Positions 46,222 to 59,869 of a DNA stretch of 64,000 nt are shown in pieces (the stretch's first letter is position 1; each line of letters starts with the position of its first letter). The stretch is taken from the NCBI RefSeq assembly GCF_018350175.1, contig NC_058369.1, positions 12,958,001 to 13,022,000 of the forward strand, written 5' to 3'. Made by a program: the position numbers and the translations under genes. Under the pieces are notes generated by a model. It was not told where the DNA came from, did not search any database, and was given only the letters and a program-made list of their open reading frames with translations. The DNA is from Felis catus. Its lineage: Eukaryota.

Positions 46222-47684
46222 GTTTTTTTATTTTTTATTTTTATCTTTTATTTTTGAGAGAGACAGACAGAAAACTAGCAGGGGAGGGGCAGAGAGAAAG
46301 GAAGACACAGAATCTGAAGCCGGCTCCAAGCTCCAAGCTGTCAGCACAGAGCCCGACGCGGGGCTCGAACTCACAAACCGCGAGATCATGACCTGAGCCG
46401 AAGTCGGACGCTTAACCGACTGAGCCACCCAAGCACCCCTTGTCATGTATATTTGACTCTCAGGGTATATCTATTGATATTAGAGTCGGCAAGCATTTTA
46501 CGTACAGGTCCAGATAGTAAATATTTTAGGCTTTGCAGGCCAGATAGTGTCTGTTGCCTTTTCCCTCCATAATCCTTTAAAAATGTGAAAACCGTTCTTA
46601 GCTGTACAAAAGCAGATCTTGGCGTCTTTTGGCTCACGGGCCAGAGTTTGCTGACCCCTGGATTAGCGGACTAAGGAAAAGTGAGGCTGGCAGGGCCAGG
46701 ATGGGCACTCAGTTCCATCCGATTCCACAGCTACCCACCCTTGCCATAGGTGTGCACGGTCACCCCATGAATGCCTCTCCATGTCACCAAAGATAGGCCT
46801 GCCCCAATGGCCCCGAAAGGCTACATGGAGTCCCCTCCTATGGCTATACCATTCATGACTCAACCACTGACCTAAAGCTATCCAGGTAGCTGCCTTAAAT
46901 AGCACCCTGGCAAGCGTCATCCTGGAGCCATCTTTGGGTCTGTGCTCTGCTTCTTTCCTCTTCTCACTCCCTTGCCCCCCACCCCCACTCCCAGAGGCCT
47001 CTGTGTCCAAGAAGAAACGCATGTGTATGAAGCTGGTGCCCCTGGGGGCTGCAGACACAGCTGTGTTTGATGTCCGGCTGAGTGGGAAGACCAAGACGGT
47101 GCCTGGATACCTGCGAGTAGGGTAGGGCCCCCCCCCTTACCCTCCCCCCACCTCTGGCCTCCTCCCTTGCCCTCCAAGTCCCATATCTGCCCTGCTGACC
47201 CTCAGGGAGTCTCCTGAGGTCTCCTGTGCTGCCTTTTTAAAAAAAAAATTTTTTTAAGTTTGTTGAGAGAGAGAGAGAGAGAGAGAGTGCATGGGGGGGT
47301 GAGGGAGGGGCAGAGAGCGAAGGAGAGAATCCCAAGCAGTCCCCGCAAACCGACCTGGGGCTCCAACCCCACACGAACTGTTGAGATCATGACCTGAGCT
47401 AAAACCAGCAGCTGGATGCTTAACCGACTGAGCCACCCAGGCCTTCTCCTGTGCCTTCGACCGCTTACCTGGGCCTCAGTTTCCACGTGTTAAAGTCTCC
47501 TTACTTGTTTATTTTATCTGGAGAGGGAGGAGGGGCAGAGAGAGGGGAAAAGAGAATCCCAAGCAGGCTCTGCGCTGTCGGCTCAAAGCCCCACGTGGGG
47601 CTCGATCTCACGCACCATGAGATCAGGACCTGAGCTGAACTCAAGAGTCCGATGCTTAACCGGCTGAGCCACCCAGGCACCCCC
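46222..47684 (-). mobile_element. Three CAN-SINEs in MVB12A introns 3-4 (~46222-46438, ~47226-47442, ~47505-47684)
   Basis: Reverse-complement heads and tails; the interval also contains exon 4. Confidence 0.8.
46995..47121 (+). CDS. MVB12A: MVB12A exon 4
   Basis: [41 protein letters not shown]; AG/GT flanks. Confidence 0.96.
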
Positions 47685-47906
47685 TCAATTTCCGCACCGT
47701 AAAACAGGAGTAATTGTATCAATCTTGTAGGGTTCTTGTGAAGAGTGAGTTGATGGGTCTGAAACGCACACTGTGGTGATCTGACCCAGCAATATTAACT
47801 AGGATGTTGCTCAGGGTGCGGGCTGCGATGCTGAAAGGAAAATCCCCCAAAGGGCTGGGGTCACCCCATCAGGCTAGGACCCCTCCCTACTTCTCTCTCC
47901 TTCTAG

Positions 47907-48026
47907 GGACATGGGAGGCTTTGCCATTTGGTGCAAGAAGGCCAAGGCCCCCAGGCCGGTGCCCAAGCCCCGAGCTCTCAGCCGGGACATGCGGGGCCTC
48001 TCCCTGGACCCACCTGCCCAGCCCAG
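47907..48026 (+). CDS. MVB12A: MVB12A exon 5
   Basis: [39 protein letters not shown]; AG/GT flanks. Confidence 0.96.
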
Positions 48027-48101
48027 GTGAGTCCTCAGGCTTGGGAAGGGGGCGGCCATGGGGGGAGTTAGGCCTGACCTGTGCTGTCCTGCCTCCACCA
48101 G

Positions 48102-48208
48102 CAAGGGCGGCTTTCCAGAGCGGACCCTGTCCCGGGTGGGCTCTCGGGCATCTACTCTGCGGAGGAGCGACTCCATCTATGAGGCCTCCAACCTCTACGG
48201 CATCTCAG
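48102..48208 (+). CDS. MVB12A: MVB12A exon 6
   Basis: [35 protein letters not shown]; AG/GT flanks. Confidence 0.96.
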
Positions 48209-48446
48209 GTGAGCGCCGAGCAAAAAACTGAGGCACGGGAGCGGGGGGTGGGGGGGTGAGGGCAAGGCTTACCCAAGGTTGAATAGCCGGGAAGGGGTGG
48301 AACCAGGGTTGGAACCAGGCCTGGGCCTCCCCCATTTTGTAGAGATTGGGGGGTGGGGATGGCGTGAGCCCCTCTGCTTAGGGTGGGCGGCAGGCAGGCC
48401 TCAAGTCTCCTGTGCCTCAGCCTCTGTCCTCACTCGCTCTCCTCAG

Positions 48447-48508
48447 CCATGGATGGTGTTCCTTTCACACTGCACCCGCGATTTGAGGGCAAGAGCTGTG
48501 GCCCCCTG
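48447..48508 (+). CDS. MVB12A: MVB12A exon 7
   Basis: [20 protein letters not shown] (UMA domain start); AG/GT flanks. Confidence 0.96.
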
Positions 48509-48808
48509 GTGAGTCTACGCTGGGCGCTGGGGGCGCCTGGGGCTGCCCCTGTCAGTGGCAGGGAGGGTCATCCGTGCCTCCAGTGCCCCAGCACAGAGGT
48601 CCCTGTTCCTGGGTTGGAGGAAGCTGGAGGGTCTCAGGCTCGGAATGGGGCATCAGGAGGGACAACTGGATACTGGTGGCCCCAGGCAGTGGCAGGAAGG
48701 GTGAGGGGATGTTCAGGCCAATACTGAGGGAGACCCTCCTTGAGGTTCAAGGAATGGGGGTTCCAGGTTGGGGTCCCCGCCCGGGGCTGATCTGCCTCTG
48801 CCCGCCAG

Positions 48809-48865
48809 GCCTTCTCTGCCTTTGCCGATCTGACCATCAAGTCACTGGCGGATATTGAGGAGGAG
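48809..48865 (+). CDS. MVB12A: MVB12A exon 8
   Basis: AFSAFADLTIKSLADIEEE; AG/GT flanks. Confidence 0.96.
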
Positions 48866-49040
48866 GTGGGTGCAGGGCCCCGGGTGGCATGCTGGGGTAG
48901 GGGTGGGGGTTCTCCCCTCCCTTCCCGTCGCCCCAGGCTCCCCCAGCCACACCCCGTCTCCCAAAGGCTGGAGATCGCCGAGTCCCTAGTGGTTTCCACC
49001 CCCTCACTCACTCTGTGCCCTCCTCGCTCCGCCTCCCCAG

Positions 49041-49103
49041 TATAACTACGGCTTTGTGGTGGAGAAGACTGCGGCTGCGCGCCTGCCCCCCAGCGTCTCG
49101 TAG
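49041..49103 (+). CDS. MVB12A: MVB12A exon 9 (stop)
   Basis: [20 protein letters not shown]; exons sum to 822 nt = 273 aa, ESCRT-I subunit. Confidence 0.96.
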   Translation, partial: YNYGFVVEKTAAARLPPSVS

Positions 49104-49393
49104 CCCTTCGTCAGCCCCAGGGAAGAGCCCCCCCTGCCGGACACCCGGGACTGGCAGCCACCCCGCCCCACAGCATCTTGGGAATCTTGGTGGCGCAGGG
49201 CATTTTAGACCCTCCGCCACGCAGTGGAGCGACAGCCCTGGAGAAGGGGGCAGGACCAGTCGGCTCGGTGATGGGGTCTCTCGCCCCCTGGGCCCTGCAG
49301 GGCAGGGGTGGGGGCTGGACGGAAACCAGTGCCTTCAAGTCATTTGTGTCAAAACTCTCCGGTGCCTGGAGGCCACGCGGGCGCCCTCCTGGC

Positions 49394-49399
49394 AATAAA
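49394..49399 (+). terminator. MVB12A poly(A) signal AATAAA
   Basis: First AATAAA about 290 nt after the stop codon. Confidence 0.75.
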
Positions 49400-52300
49400 C
49401 ACCGCCCTGCGCTCGCCGTCTGGAGTCCTGATCCCGGCCGCCGGTCCTCTGTGGTTCAAGGTGTTCACCACGCACGCGCGGCACGAGCCAGGGGGCGGAG
49501 GTGGCCCCAGTGCAGGACATCTAAGGCGGCGCTGCCACCACTCGCCTTCTACAGAGGGGGAATCAGGCTCCGCGAGTGCCTGAGCCGGGAACGTAGGTCA
49601 CAGAGAAGACCTGGTCCGCCCCTCCAGCATTGCGCAAAACGCGAATAATCGTTTCAGTCACATTGATATTGCGGGGACCCCAGCCCCAACACCTGATGCG
49701 CAGCGTCTCTTTCAGTCTTCCCGCACCCCGGTGGGAAGCCCCGGTTTTGTCGCGTTTTACGGAGCGGGAAACTGAGGCAGGGGCCGCTAAGGTCACAGCT
49801 GGGATCTGAACCCAGGGCCTGCTGTCTGAACTTTCGAGCTGTTCTACGTGTCTCTTTTCCTCTGCCGGGTGACGGGTACGTTCCGTCCATTCTCATTATT
49901 GGCGGTAATTAGGTCCCTTAATGTCACAGCGAAAACTGAGTTAGGGAGTACCGGATCCCATGGGGGGTTCCTACCAGCCTTTGGTCACATTTTTGTCAAG
50001 CAATCGGTACCGGGCCTTGTGTGTGTGTTTCAAGACCCCGTGTTTAATACATACTGCTGATTAGTTAATGTTGAACTTCCGGCCGATAGCGCTGTTAACT
50101 TATGCCTGAACAAAGTTCATCGAACCCACACATTTTCTCCAGGAGGCACATCGCTGCCTTCTTGCGTGTGGGGACATTAGGTAGCACGAAGCACTACACG
50201 TGGGGACATTTTTATTTTTATTTTTAAGTTTATTTATTTTGAGGGGGCGGGGAAAGGCAGAGACAGAGGGGGAGAGAGAATCCCAAGCTGCCTGTGCCCT
50301 GACAGCGCACAGCCAAGTGCAGGGCTTTAACCCCCCAACCATGAGGTCGTGACCTGAGCCAAGTCCGAGGCACCGATCAGGCGCCTTGGGGGCTTTCTTA
50401 AACAACAAAGTTGCCGATGAAAAAGCACAACGATGTGAAAAACCTGCCACTAGGTAGACCACAAAAAGGCCACCTGTTTACGGTCTGAGGGGTGAAACAA
50501 GCCGCCAGAGTGTCACCACGTTCCGCCTCAGCTGGGAATGGGTCCCCCAGTGATTCAAATCCCCCCCCCCCCCGCCCCGTGCGTGTCCTTGAATGGCCGC
50601 AAAGTGCGCAAGTATTGGCTAGGGGGTGGGGTACAAGTGAATTTCAGCCAGTAGAACTCACAAATACGGAATCCGTGAAGAATAGGCTGGACCCATTTGT
50701 TAAACGAATAGCCCCAGACTAACACCATTTTTCTCCCATATCCGTGCTCCTTCCTTTAATGCTCTGTCTTCCCTAGGTCCCCACAGCTTCCGGGTGGCCC
50801 AGGTCCTGCTGCGGTCGGGAACATCCCCAGATCTCTGTGGCTTCGAAAGGCTAAGGCTTAGTTTTCATTCATCCCACGGGCCCATGGCAGAGCAGCCCCA
50901 GACTCGGCTGGTCACAGTCCCTGAAATCCGCCTGAAGGGGCTGCCACCATCCCCTGGCGACACTGGGGGGCGGACTCCAAAAGGTCTTGCACCATCAGTT
51001 AAATGCCCGGGCCTGGAAGTGCCTTTGTCAAAGTTCTGCTCACGGGTCATCAGTCAGAACGCGCCCCACTGGGCCCCCAGAAGGGTTGTGCCACCCACTT
51101 TTTTAAAAATAACTTTTTTTTAATGTTTTTTTTTGAGACAGAGAGAGAGAGAGAGACCGAGTGCGAGTCGGGAGGGGCAGAGAGACAGGGAGACACAGAT
51201 TCGGAAGCAGGCTCCGGGCTCTGAGCTGTCAGCACAGAGCCCGACGCGGGGTTTGAACCCACGAACCGCGAGATCATGATCTGAGCTGAAGCCGGAGGCT
51301 TAACCGACCGAGCCACCCAGGCGCCCCTGTACCCCCCACTTGTACCCCCTGTCCTGGGGGTCTGAGGGGAGAGACAGCAAGCTGTCCCGGAGAGGTGGGC
51401 GAGGGGAAACCGTAAAATGTGCCCCTCCCCCATACACTTCGGCTGCCTTGGGAAAACTAGGCCTTTGGTCGAAGACATCTCCCCACCTCTCCCCTCTCTG
51501 GGCACACACAGCACCTGCCAGGTCCCGCCCAGGCTGCTGTGGCGCCGGCCGTGGAATCTGATCTGCCCGGGAAGTAAAGGCTGTTTGTTCTCCCTGGTCG
51601 CCTTCTTGGCCACCCCGAAACCAGCTTCAGATCACTTTCCAGGGCATCCGCGGGTGACCAGGGGCCCCCCAGATGAGCCATCCTGGCCTCGGATCCAACT
51701 GGGCTTGCTGTCATCGCCAGGCCAATGACCCTGCAAAATCCCAACCCTCTGGGCCCCACAGGGCCTCAGGACAGCCTGGGGAAGGTCCGGGAGAATCGCC
51801 ATGGAGCCCACCCACCCACTCCTGACTTGGGCCACATCGATCCTGACTGCTATGGCTGAGCTCACATCTTGGGCTACAGAGAAGGGAGCCAAAGCTTTAT
51901 CCTTCCTGCCCAGGCACTGAGACTGAGGCGTCACAGGGCAAGATGAGGTCCCAGCTGCACTGCTCACTAGCTGGTGACCCTGAGCTGTGGCTTAACCTCT
52001 CTATGCCTCAGTTTCTCCATCTTTCCAATGGCAATCTCAATGGTCCTTACCTCTCAAAGGTCCTTACCTTACCTGACCCAGGGATCGAACCCGTGAACCG
52101 GGAGATCATGACCTGAGCTGAGATTTCATTGCTAGAGTTCATGGTATGGATGTACCAGTCTGGTCACCTGTTGATGAGCACGTGGGTTGTCTCTCATTCG
52201 TGGCCACTGAGCAAAACTACTCCGAGCACTGTTGTACGCGTCTTTTGAGGAACGCACTCATCCCGTTGTGGAGATGCCCTGAGTGGAGATTGTGGGTGGT

Positions 52301-54224
52301 AGGCGAGGCCTGGGTTCATCTTCAGCAGATACAGCCAAGCAGATGTCCGAGGCTCTTTGGACCAACGCACCCCCTCACTCACAAGGAATGAGAGTTCCAG
52401 TGACTCCGTGTCTTCACCAACACTTGGCACTGTCCGACTTCAGCTCAGGTCATGATCTCACAGTGCGTGGGTTCGAGCCCCGCGTCGGGCTCTGTGCTGA
52501 CAGCTCGGAGCCCGGAGCCCCCTTCAGATTCTGTGTCTCCCTCTCTCTCTGCCCCTCCCTCACTTGCACTCACTCTGTCTCAAAAATAAAGAAATAAACA
52601 TTAAAAAATAATATGCTCATAAATTGTTTTTTTGTGTGTGGGGAGGGGGGATACGCCCCTTGTTGTGCTGAGCCACTTCCTTCAAGGTGGCCTCTGGCCT
52701 TCCATTCTAAATGTCACCAGCACAGAGGACGCCAGCTGCATTCTGCCACTTACAGCAGATTGCGTGTGCAGAAGAAGTGAAGGAGGGAGACCGGTTGCTG
52801 CCTCAAGGGGACAACAACAGTGATGCCTGTGTGAGTCAGGCATGGTGTTTGGCACATGGTGGGCATCTAAACATCAATAGTTCTTCTCATCCAGAGATAG
52901 CGTGGTTAAGTGCTTTTGGTATCCCTCCCCCGCCCCACTCATGCCTACTGTTGCAAAAATGCAACACAGCTCAAGCAGATGCTATCTGTGCCCCACCTCC
53001 CATCCATCCCATCCATGTTCCTCTCCACATATTGTCACTCGCAACAATTATCTGCAACCTTGCCTGGGGTTTGTGTGGCCACAGGTGTCCAGCTGGTGCG
53101 TAGGGAAGACCAGAAGTATGAGGGGTTAATCTCTCTCTAAGCAATGCCTGATGGTGGTCAGAGGATAACCACCCCAGCCCTGATCCCTTGTGTTGGGACC
53201 ACTCTGCTGGGTGTGCTCTATGCTGTCTGCCAGAGTTCCCCAGCAGGAGGGAACCCTGGTTGCCACCCCCCCAACCCCGGGCACTGTGTCCTCACTGGTG
53301 CCCCTGAAGGGCTCTGGGACTTCTGGGCGTAACCTCCCACATAAGCAAACCACATCCCCCAAATCATCTCAAGGTGTGATTCTGAGGATCCCAATCCAAG
53401 GCTACGTCTTTGAGAGACGTTGTCCACACGCTAAGTCCCACCGGGATGCCAACCACTGCTTTTGTTTGCGTGGTCTGTGAAATGAATGGAGACATCGATA
53501 CCCTTTCTGATTTGGTCCTCACAGCTGTTTGGTGGAGAAGGTTACCTGATTTTATTAAAAAAAAATTGTGTTAATGCTTATTTGATTTTGAGAGAGAGAG
53601 AGAGAAACAGAGCACGAGCGGGGGAAGGGCAGAGAGAGAGAGGGAGACGCAGAATCCGGAGCAGGCTCCAGGCTCCGAGCTGTCAGCACGGAGCCCGACG
53701 CGGGGCTCGAACCCACGCACTGCGAGATCATGACCCGGGCCGAAGTTGGCTGCTTAATTGACTGAGCCACTCAGGCGCCCCCAAGGTTACCTGATTTTAT
53801 AAAGAAGGAAACTGAGGTTGCAGGCTGCATGACTGTTCGCTGGGCCAGATCTGTCCCAGTTCCTGGAGCACCAAACCCTTATCGGGTACCCAGGACACAG
53901 AGCAACCTGAGCATCTGGTTCCAGCCCCGGGACAACCTGATTCCGGCTGAGATACGAGGACGCTTGGCGCCCCTTCCAGGGCACGGCTGGCAAGGGGGGC
54001 ACGTTTCGGCCGGGCTGTGGGCATTGTTCCCAGCCGGCCTTCTGAGCCGGAACCTTGCATAGCTTCCCAAGAGGATGAGCAGGGGTCAGACTGGGATGAG
54101 GCTCGCGAGCTCGTGGGGTGCAACGTTCAAGGAGCTCGTTTTAGTTCAGAGGCCCATCTGCTCCCGCAGGAGGCCTGAGAGCAAGTGCCTCCTTAATTAT
54201 TATTTTTTTAATTGGGGTGAAATT

Positions 54225-54359
54225 CACATCACACCCAACTCGCCATTTGAAAGCGGACAATTCAGTAGCATTTCGTGCACTGACAAGATTGTGCAGCTGT
54301 CACCACTGTCTAGTTCTAGAACATTTCTTTTTTTTTTCTTTTTTAATGTTTATTTATTT

Positions 54360-54397
<38 letters not shown>

Positions 54398-54935
54398 TGA
54401 GCGGGGGAGGGGCAGAGAGAGCGGGAGGCACAGAATCCAAAGCAGGCTCCAGGCTGCGAGCTGTCAGCACAGAGCCCGAGGCGGGGCTCGAACTCATGAA
54501 CTGAGAGATCATGGCCTGAGCTAAAGTCAGACGCTTAACCGACTGAGCCACCCAGGTGCTCCTAGTTCCAGAACATTTCTATCACCCGGAAAGGAAACCC
54601 TGTCCTCACGAGCAGTTAGCAGCATTCTCTTCCTCCAACCACTCATCTGTCTCTATGGATCTGCCTGCTCTGGATGTTTCCTATGCATGGAATCACACAC
54701 TGCGTGGCCTTTTGTGTCTGACTTCTTTCCCTCAGCGTGATGTTTTCACGGTCATCCACCTTGCAGTGCTGTGTCAATGCTTCGTCCCTTCTTATGGCTG
54801 AGTAAATATTCCATTGTATGTATATTTTTTTACCCACTTACCTGTTGAGGGACACTTGGGTTGTTTCTACCTTTTGTGACTAGTGCTGCCGTGAACATGT
54901 TTGCGAAAGAGTTTGTTGGAATCCCTGTTTTCAAT
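54225..54935 (-). mobile_element. L1 3' fragment with an inserted SINE
   Basis: GTTCCAGAACATTTCTATCACCC, GGACACTTGGGTTGTTTCTACC; SINE at about 54330-54562. Confidence 0.75.
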
Positions 54936-56120
54936 TCTTTTAGGCCTCCAATTTTGCACCCACACCCCGGTCCTTGCCCTGGGGACGAGGCTGAGGGGTC
55001 CGTCCAGCTTCTGGTTCCCCTGCCCGCTGCAGATGAGGCACTCCTCCCTGGCAGGCAGCTGTGGTCCTCCCTCCTCTGCTCCTCTCCCACCCTCTCGGAG
55101 CCCTCGGGGCCTGCCCCATTCCAGGGGATTCTCCGAAACCGCAGTTCCCAGGGTTTCTCGGTCACCTGCTCTGGCCTGGAGCCCACTGTGAGCTTCCAGC
55201 CATCGCCACCACGTGGCCTCACAGCCTGGGCCTCGGTCTTCCCATCTGCAAGTGGGGTTGTCCTGAAGATTCACCGAGGCCAGGAAAGTGCCTGGCATGT
55301 GCCCGCAGAACCAGGCTTGTGAGAAGGATGGGACACTTATTCTTTTGTTTGTTTGTTTTTTAAAGTAAGCTCTATGCCCAACGTGGGGCTTGAACTCACG
55401 ACTCCAAGATCAAGAGTCACATGCTCTACTGACAGCCTGTCAGGGGCCCCAACATTTATTCTGGTTTTATCTTCACTGATATTTATCATGCTCCCCGAGA
55501 ACCTATGTTACTGGCTACCCCACATGTCAGGCACCCTCTGGAATGTTCGTGTGTGTTCTCTCCCCACTCCCCCAGCAAGGAGGTGTTCTGTGCAGCTTCC
55601 TGGTGGCTCTGGGAGGTGGCAGCCAGAGTCAGTGGGCCACCTGGGTCTGGGTATATCTGATCAGCAGGGTCCCTGCCAGGGTCACGCTTGGGGACTAACC
55701 GCCCCCCACCCCCACCCTCCCGCTGCCACCGCTGGGTGCTGTCACCTCTCTGACCTTTGGAAAGTGTCCTAGGGGGGCTTTAAGCCACTATGTGGCTGAG
55801 TCACCGCTACTCCGTGGGCCTTGGAGTACCTCTGTGGTCCAGGAAGGGACATATTGGGAGAATTCTGGGGATATCTGTCCATTTGGGGTCGGGATGAAGG
55901 CCAGGCATCCCTACCCACCCCACCCCCGGTGAAATTTACATACATGAGGATTTGTGGGACCTGGGTCCCTGACTGAGGTCTACAAGGAACATACCCTTGC
56001 TCCCCACTTCTGCCTCCTCACCCCACTCCTGTCACTCCATCCATCACCCCGGGCCTGGGCTTGGCCACACAGCATGTTTGGATGTGGCTCAAGTGACAAA
56101 GGAGATAGTGAGGGTCGGAG

Positions 56121-56126
56121 TTTATT
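56121..56126 (-). terminator. Probable TMEM221 poly(A) signal
   Basis: AATAAA on the minus strand about 950 nt after the stop codon. Confidence 0.5.
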
Positions 56127-56699
56127 TGAGGGTCATGCAGAACGGGAGGGGGGGGCCAGGGCCTCTGGAGACCCTGAGGGCTCTGAGTTATCCACTCCAA
56201 GCCTTGTCAGTTTCGTGAGCCCCAGAAAGTGGTCATCGACCCCGCCTTTTCCTGCCACCACGCACCCCACCCGACTGACAATGGCACAGGTTGACATGCA
56301 TGGAGGACCTACTGTGCACAGGCACCTGGAATGGCTTACACCGAGTCTCCCAGGAGCCCTAGGAGAAGAAGCTGCTTCTGTCCCCATTTTATAGACAAGG
56401 AAAGTGAGACACAGAGGAGCGAAGTCTCTGCCACAGCCAGAAGTCTGGGCCCAGCCCCTCAGGTTTACCCGTGGCCCTGGGTTGCTCTGAGCTCAGCACA
56501 CACAGATTTCAAATGCTCACAGCCCGGAAGACGTTGCAGAGTCTGAGACTTGCACTGTCAGCAGCACGGGGGTTTACAGAACCCAGGTTCAAATCCTGCC
56601 TCTGACGCTCAGTACTGGCCATGGGACTCCTGGTGAGTCACTGCCCCTCTCTGGACCTCGGTTTCCTCATCTGTAAAATGGATGGAGACATTTAGAGAA

Positions 56700-57020
56700 C
56701 CACGGCATAAGCCCAACCCTCCCTCCTGCCTATAACATCTGGATAACTACATTTCCCAGCCTCCCCTGCCGCGAGATGTGGCCATGTGACTGTTCTCGCC
56801 AGTGAGGTATAAACAGGAGGGCCCCCAGGCTTCCTGGGGAGATTTCCAGAAGATATCGAGCCTGCCCTGGCCTCTGCCTTTCCCTCTGAGAGGAGATGAA
56901 GGCTGGAGCCCTGGCAGCCATTTTGTGCCATGAAGCAACCTTCAGGACAAAAACCAGGGATGCTGTGAATGGAGAAATCAAGTCATACTGCTACTATGGC
57001 TGAGCCTAGACTTATCTTTA
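56700..57020 (+). mobile_element. MLT1 (MaLR) LTR remnant within the TMEM221 3' UTR; further MLT fragments at ~58080-58380 and ~59300-59380
   Basis: ACATTTCCCAGCCTCCCCTGC..GATGTGGCCATGTGACT; GGCAGCCATTTTGTGCCATGA; CCTGGATCCAGCTGCACCTGA. Confidence 0.55.
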
Positions 57021-57073
57021 CAGAATCCTCTTCCTGCTGCCTGATCCCAGGTCTCTGTCCCTGGTCCCTGGGT

Positions 57074-57562
<489 letters not shown>

Positions 57563-58424
57563 TCATTCACTTAGTCCACAAACGTTTGCTCCCCAAACCC
57601 TGGGAGAGCTCCCCAAACAGAGGGCAGTCACAGACACCCATACAACATGCTAGGCACACAGCTTCACCCATCTAATCCTCTCACATCGTTGTCACATCCA
57701 TTTCACTATAAAATGGTAAACTTCCGTGCCTTATCATGTGTACTTGACTACAACTGAAACAACCCAGATCTCAGGCTTTCTGAATCCTGGTGATTAACTT
57801 TCAGTGAATCACAGCCCCTCTCTGGCCTCAGGTTGCTGGTCTGAACAAGGCTGTTGCTGACCTGACCTTGAGGACCGACCTGTACTAGTTTTCTGTTGGC
57901 TTGTCCAACGCCCAGTTGGCATCATTCTTTTTGATGAGGACCGTCCTGTGCATGGTAGGACACTGAGCAGCTTTCTACCCACGAGGCACAATAGCGTTCC
58001 CTCCTGCCCTGTCATGACAATCAAAGATGTCTCCAGACATCGCCAAATGTTCGCTGGGTCAGCAGAATCAGTTCCCATTGAGAACCACTGGTCTAGTGCT
58101 TACCCTCACCCTGATTGCTAACGTAGGAGCACTGACCCAACTCTCCGGCATCAGTGTTATGTATGGTACTAGGCTTGGCCAATCAGAGCATTGATTCCTC
58201 CGGTTATAGTGATTGGTGCAGGGCTAGCACATGATCCGAGCTCAGCCAATCAGAGCCTGTCCTGGGACTGCTGACTGGGATACGGGTAGGGAGGAATTTT
58301 CTTACAGCAGCAGCAGGGGACTTGGTGGTGGAGAAGCCCAGAGTGAATGGAAGACTTCTTGACACTTTGTGGGCTGTTTTTATGCTTTCTTCAGCTGTGC
58401 ACTTTTGTTAAAAAAAAAAAATTG

Positions 58425-58830
58425 GGGGTGCCTGGGTGGCGCAGTTGGTTAAGCGTCCGACTTCAGCCAGGTCACGATCTCGCGGTCCGTGAGTTCGAGC
58501 CCCACGTCAGGCTCTGGGCTGATGGCTCGGAGCCTGGAGCCTGTTTCCGATTCTGTGTCTCCCTCTCTCTCTGCCCCTCCCCCGTTCATGCTCTGTCTCT
58601 CTCTGTCCCAAAAATAAATAAACGTTGAAAAAAAAATTAAAAATAAAAAAAAATTGTTTTTATTTCATTTTTCAGGGGGGGGCAGGGGCAGAGAGAGAGG
58701 GAGATCTGAAGCAGGCTCCAGGCTCTGAGCTGTCAGCACAGAGCCCGATGCGGGGCTCGAACTCACGGAGTGTGAGATCGTGACCTGAGCTGAAGTCGGA
58801 CGCTTAACCGACGGAGCCACCCAGGCGCCC
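58425..58830. mobile_element. Tail-to-tail inverted CAN-SINE pair in TMEM221 intron 2
   Basis: Plus copy 58425-58650, minus copy about 58655-58830. Confidence 0.88.
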
Positions 58831-59399
58831 CTACACTTTTGCTTTTAAGATGCCACACTGCATCATGTTTGACATATTAAAATGAGGCCAAGGACCTTTT
58901 TTGCTCTAAACATTTTTTAAAGCGTGTGTGTTTTGCTTTGTTTTTTTAATTATTCTTTTGGCTCTGGTCAGCAACGATGGCTAATTGGATGATTGGCTGG
59001 ACGTGGTCACGAATTCTTGCTGAGTGAGGTCACCTAACCTCAAAAAAGAATCTAAATGGGAGCTGAACAAATTCTTAATTTAACACTTAATGAGGCTGAC
59101 ATGGTTACCTTTTTTTTTTCTCTCTTTGTGAGTTTTCTTGTATATTAGAACGAGCATATCTTATTCTCCAAGTCTCCAACATTTTTTTTTTTTTTGCCAG
59201 CCTGTGAAAAGGCTCAAGGTCGTGGGCATGGTGTCAAAAGCACTTACAGACACAGGCATCTTTCTCAGGGGATAGCAGATTAACAGGTGACGCAAGAGGC
59301 ATTTCTGATTACCGTGTTTGATCACCTGGATCCAGCTGCACCTGAGGCCAACCACCCGTGACCTTCACAGATACACGAGTCACCCCCTCCACTCTCCTT

Positions 59400-59869
59400 T
59401 TTTTTTTTTTTAATTTTTTTTAACGTTTATTTATTTTTGAGACAGAGAGAGACAGAGCATGAACGGGGGAGGGGCAGAGAGAGAGGGAGACACAGAATCG
59501 GAAGCAGGCTCCAAGCCATCAGCCCAGAGCCCCATGCGGGGCTCGAACTCACGGACCGTGAGATCGTGACCTGAGCTGAAGTCAGACGCTCAACCGACTG
59601 AGCCACCCAGGCGCCCCTCCACTCTCCTTTTTTTATTATTTTTTTATTTTTTTAGATTTTTTTTTTCAACATTTATTTATTTTTGGGACAGAGAGAGACA
59701 GAGCATGAACGGGGGATGGGCAGAGAGAGAGGGAGAGACAGAATCGGAAACAGGCTCCAGGCTCTGAGCCATCAGCCCAGAGCCTGACGCGGGGCTCGAA
59801 CTCACGGACCGCAAGATCGTGACCTGGCTGAAGTCGGTCGCTTAACCGACTGCGCCACCCAGGCGCCCC
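59400..59869 (-). mobile_element. Two CAN-SINEs inserted at the same target site
   Basis: CCACTCTCCTTTTTTT occurs three times (~59389, ~59619, ~59869). Confidence 0.88.

Noticed and set aside
45274-48101. MVB12A introns 1 (90 nt) and 5 (75 nt) with 3n length
   Set aside because: Both contain in-frame stops, so no open retained-intron isoform
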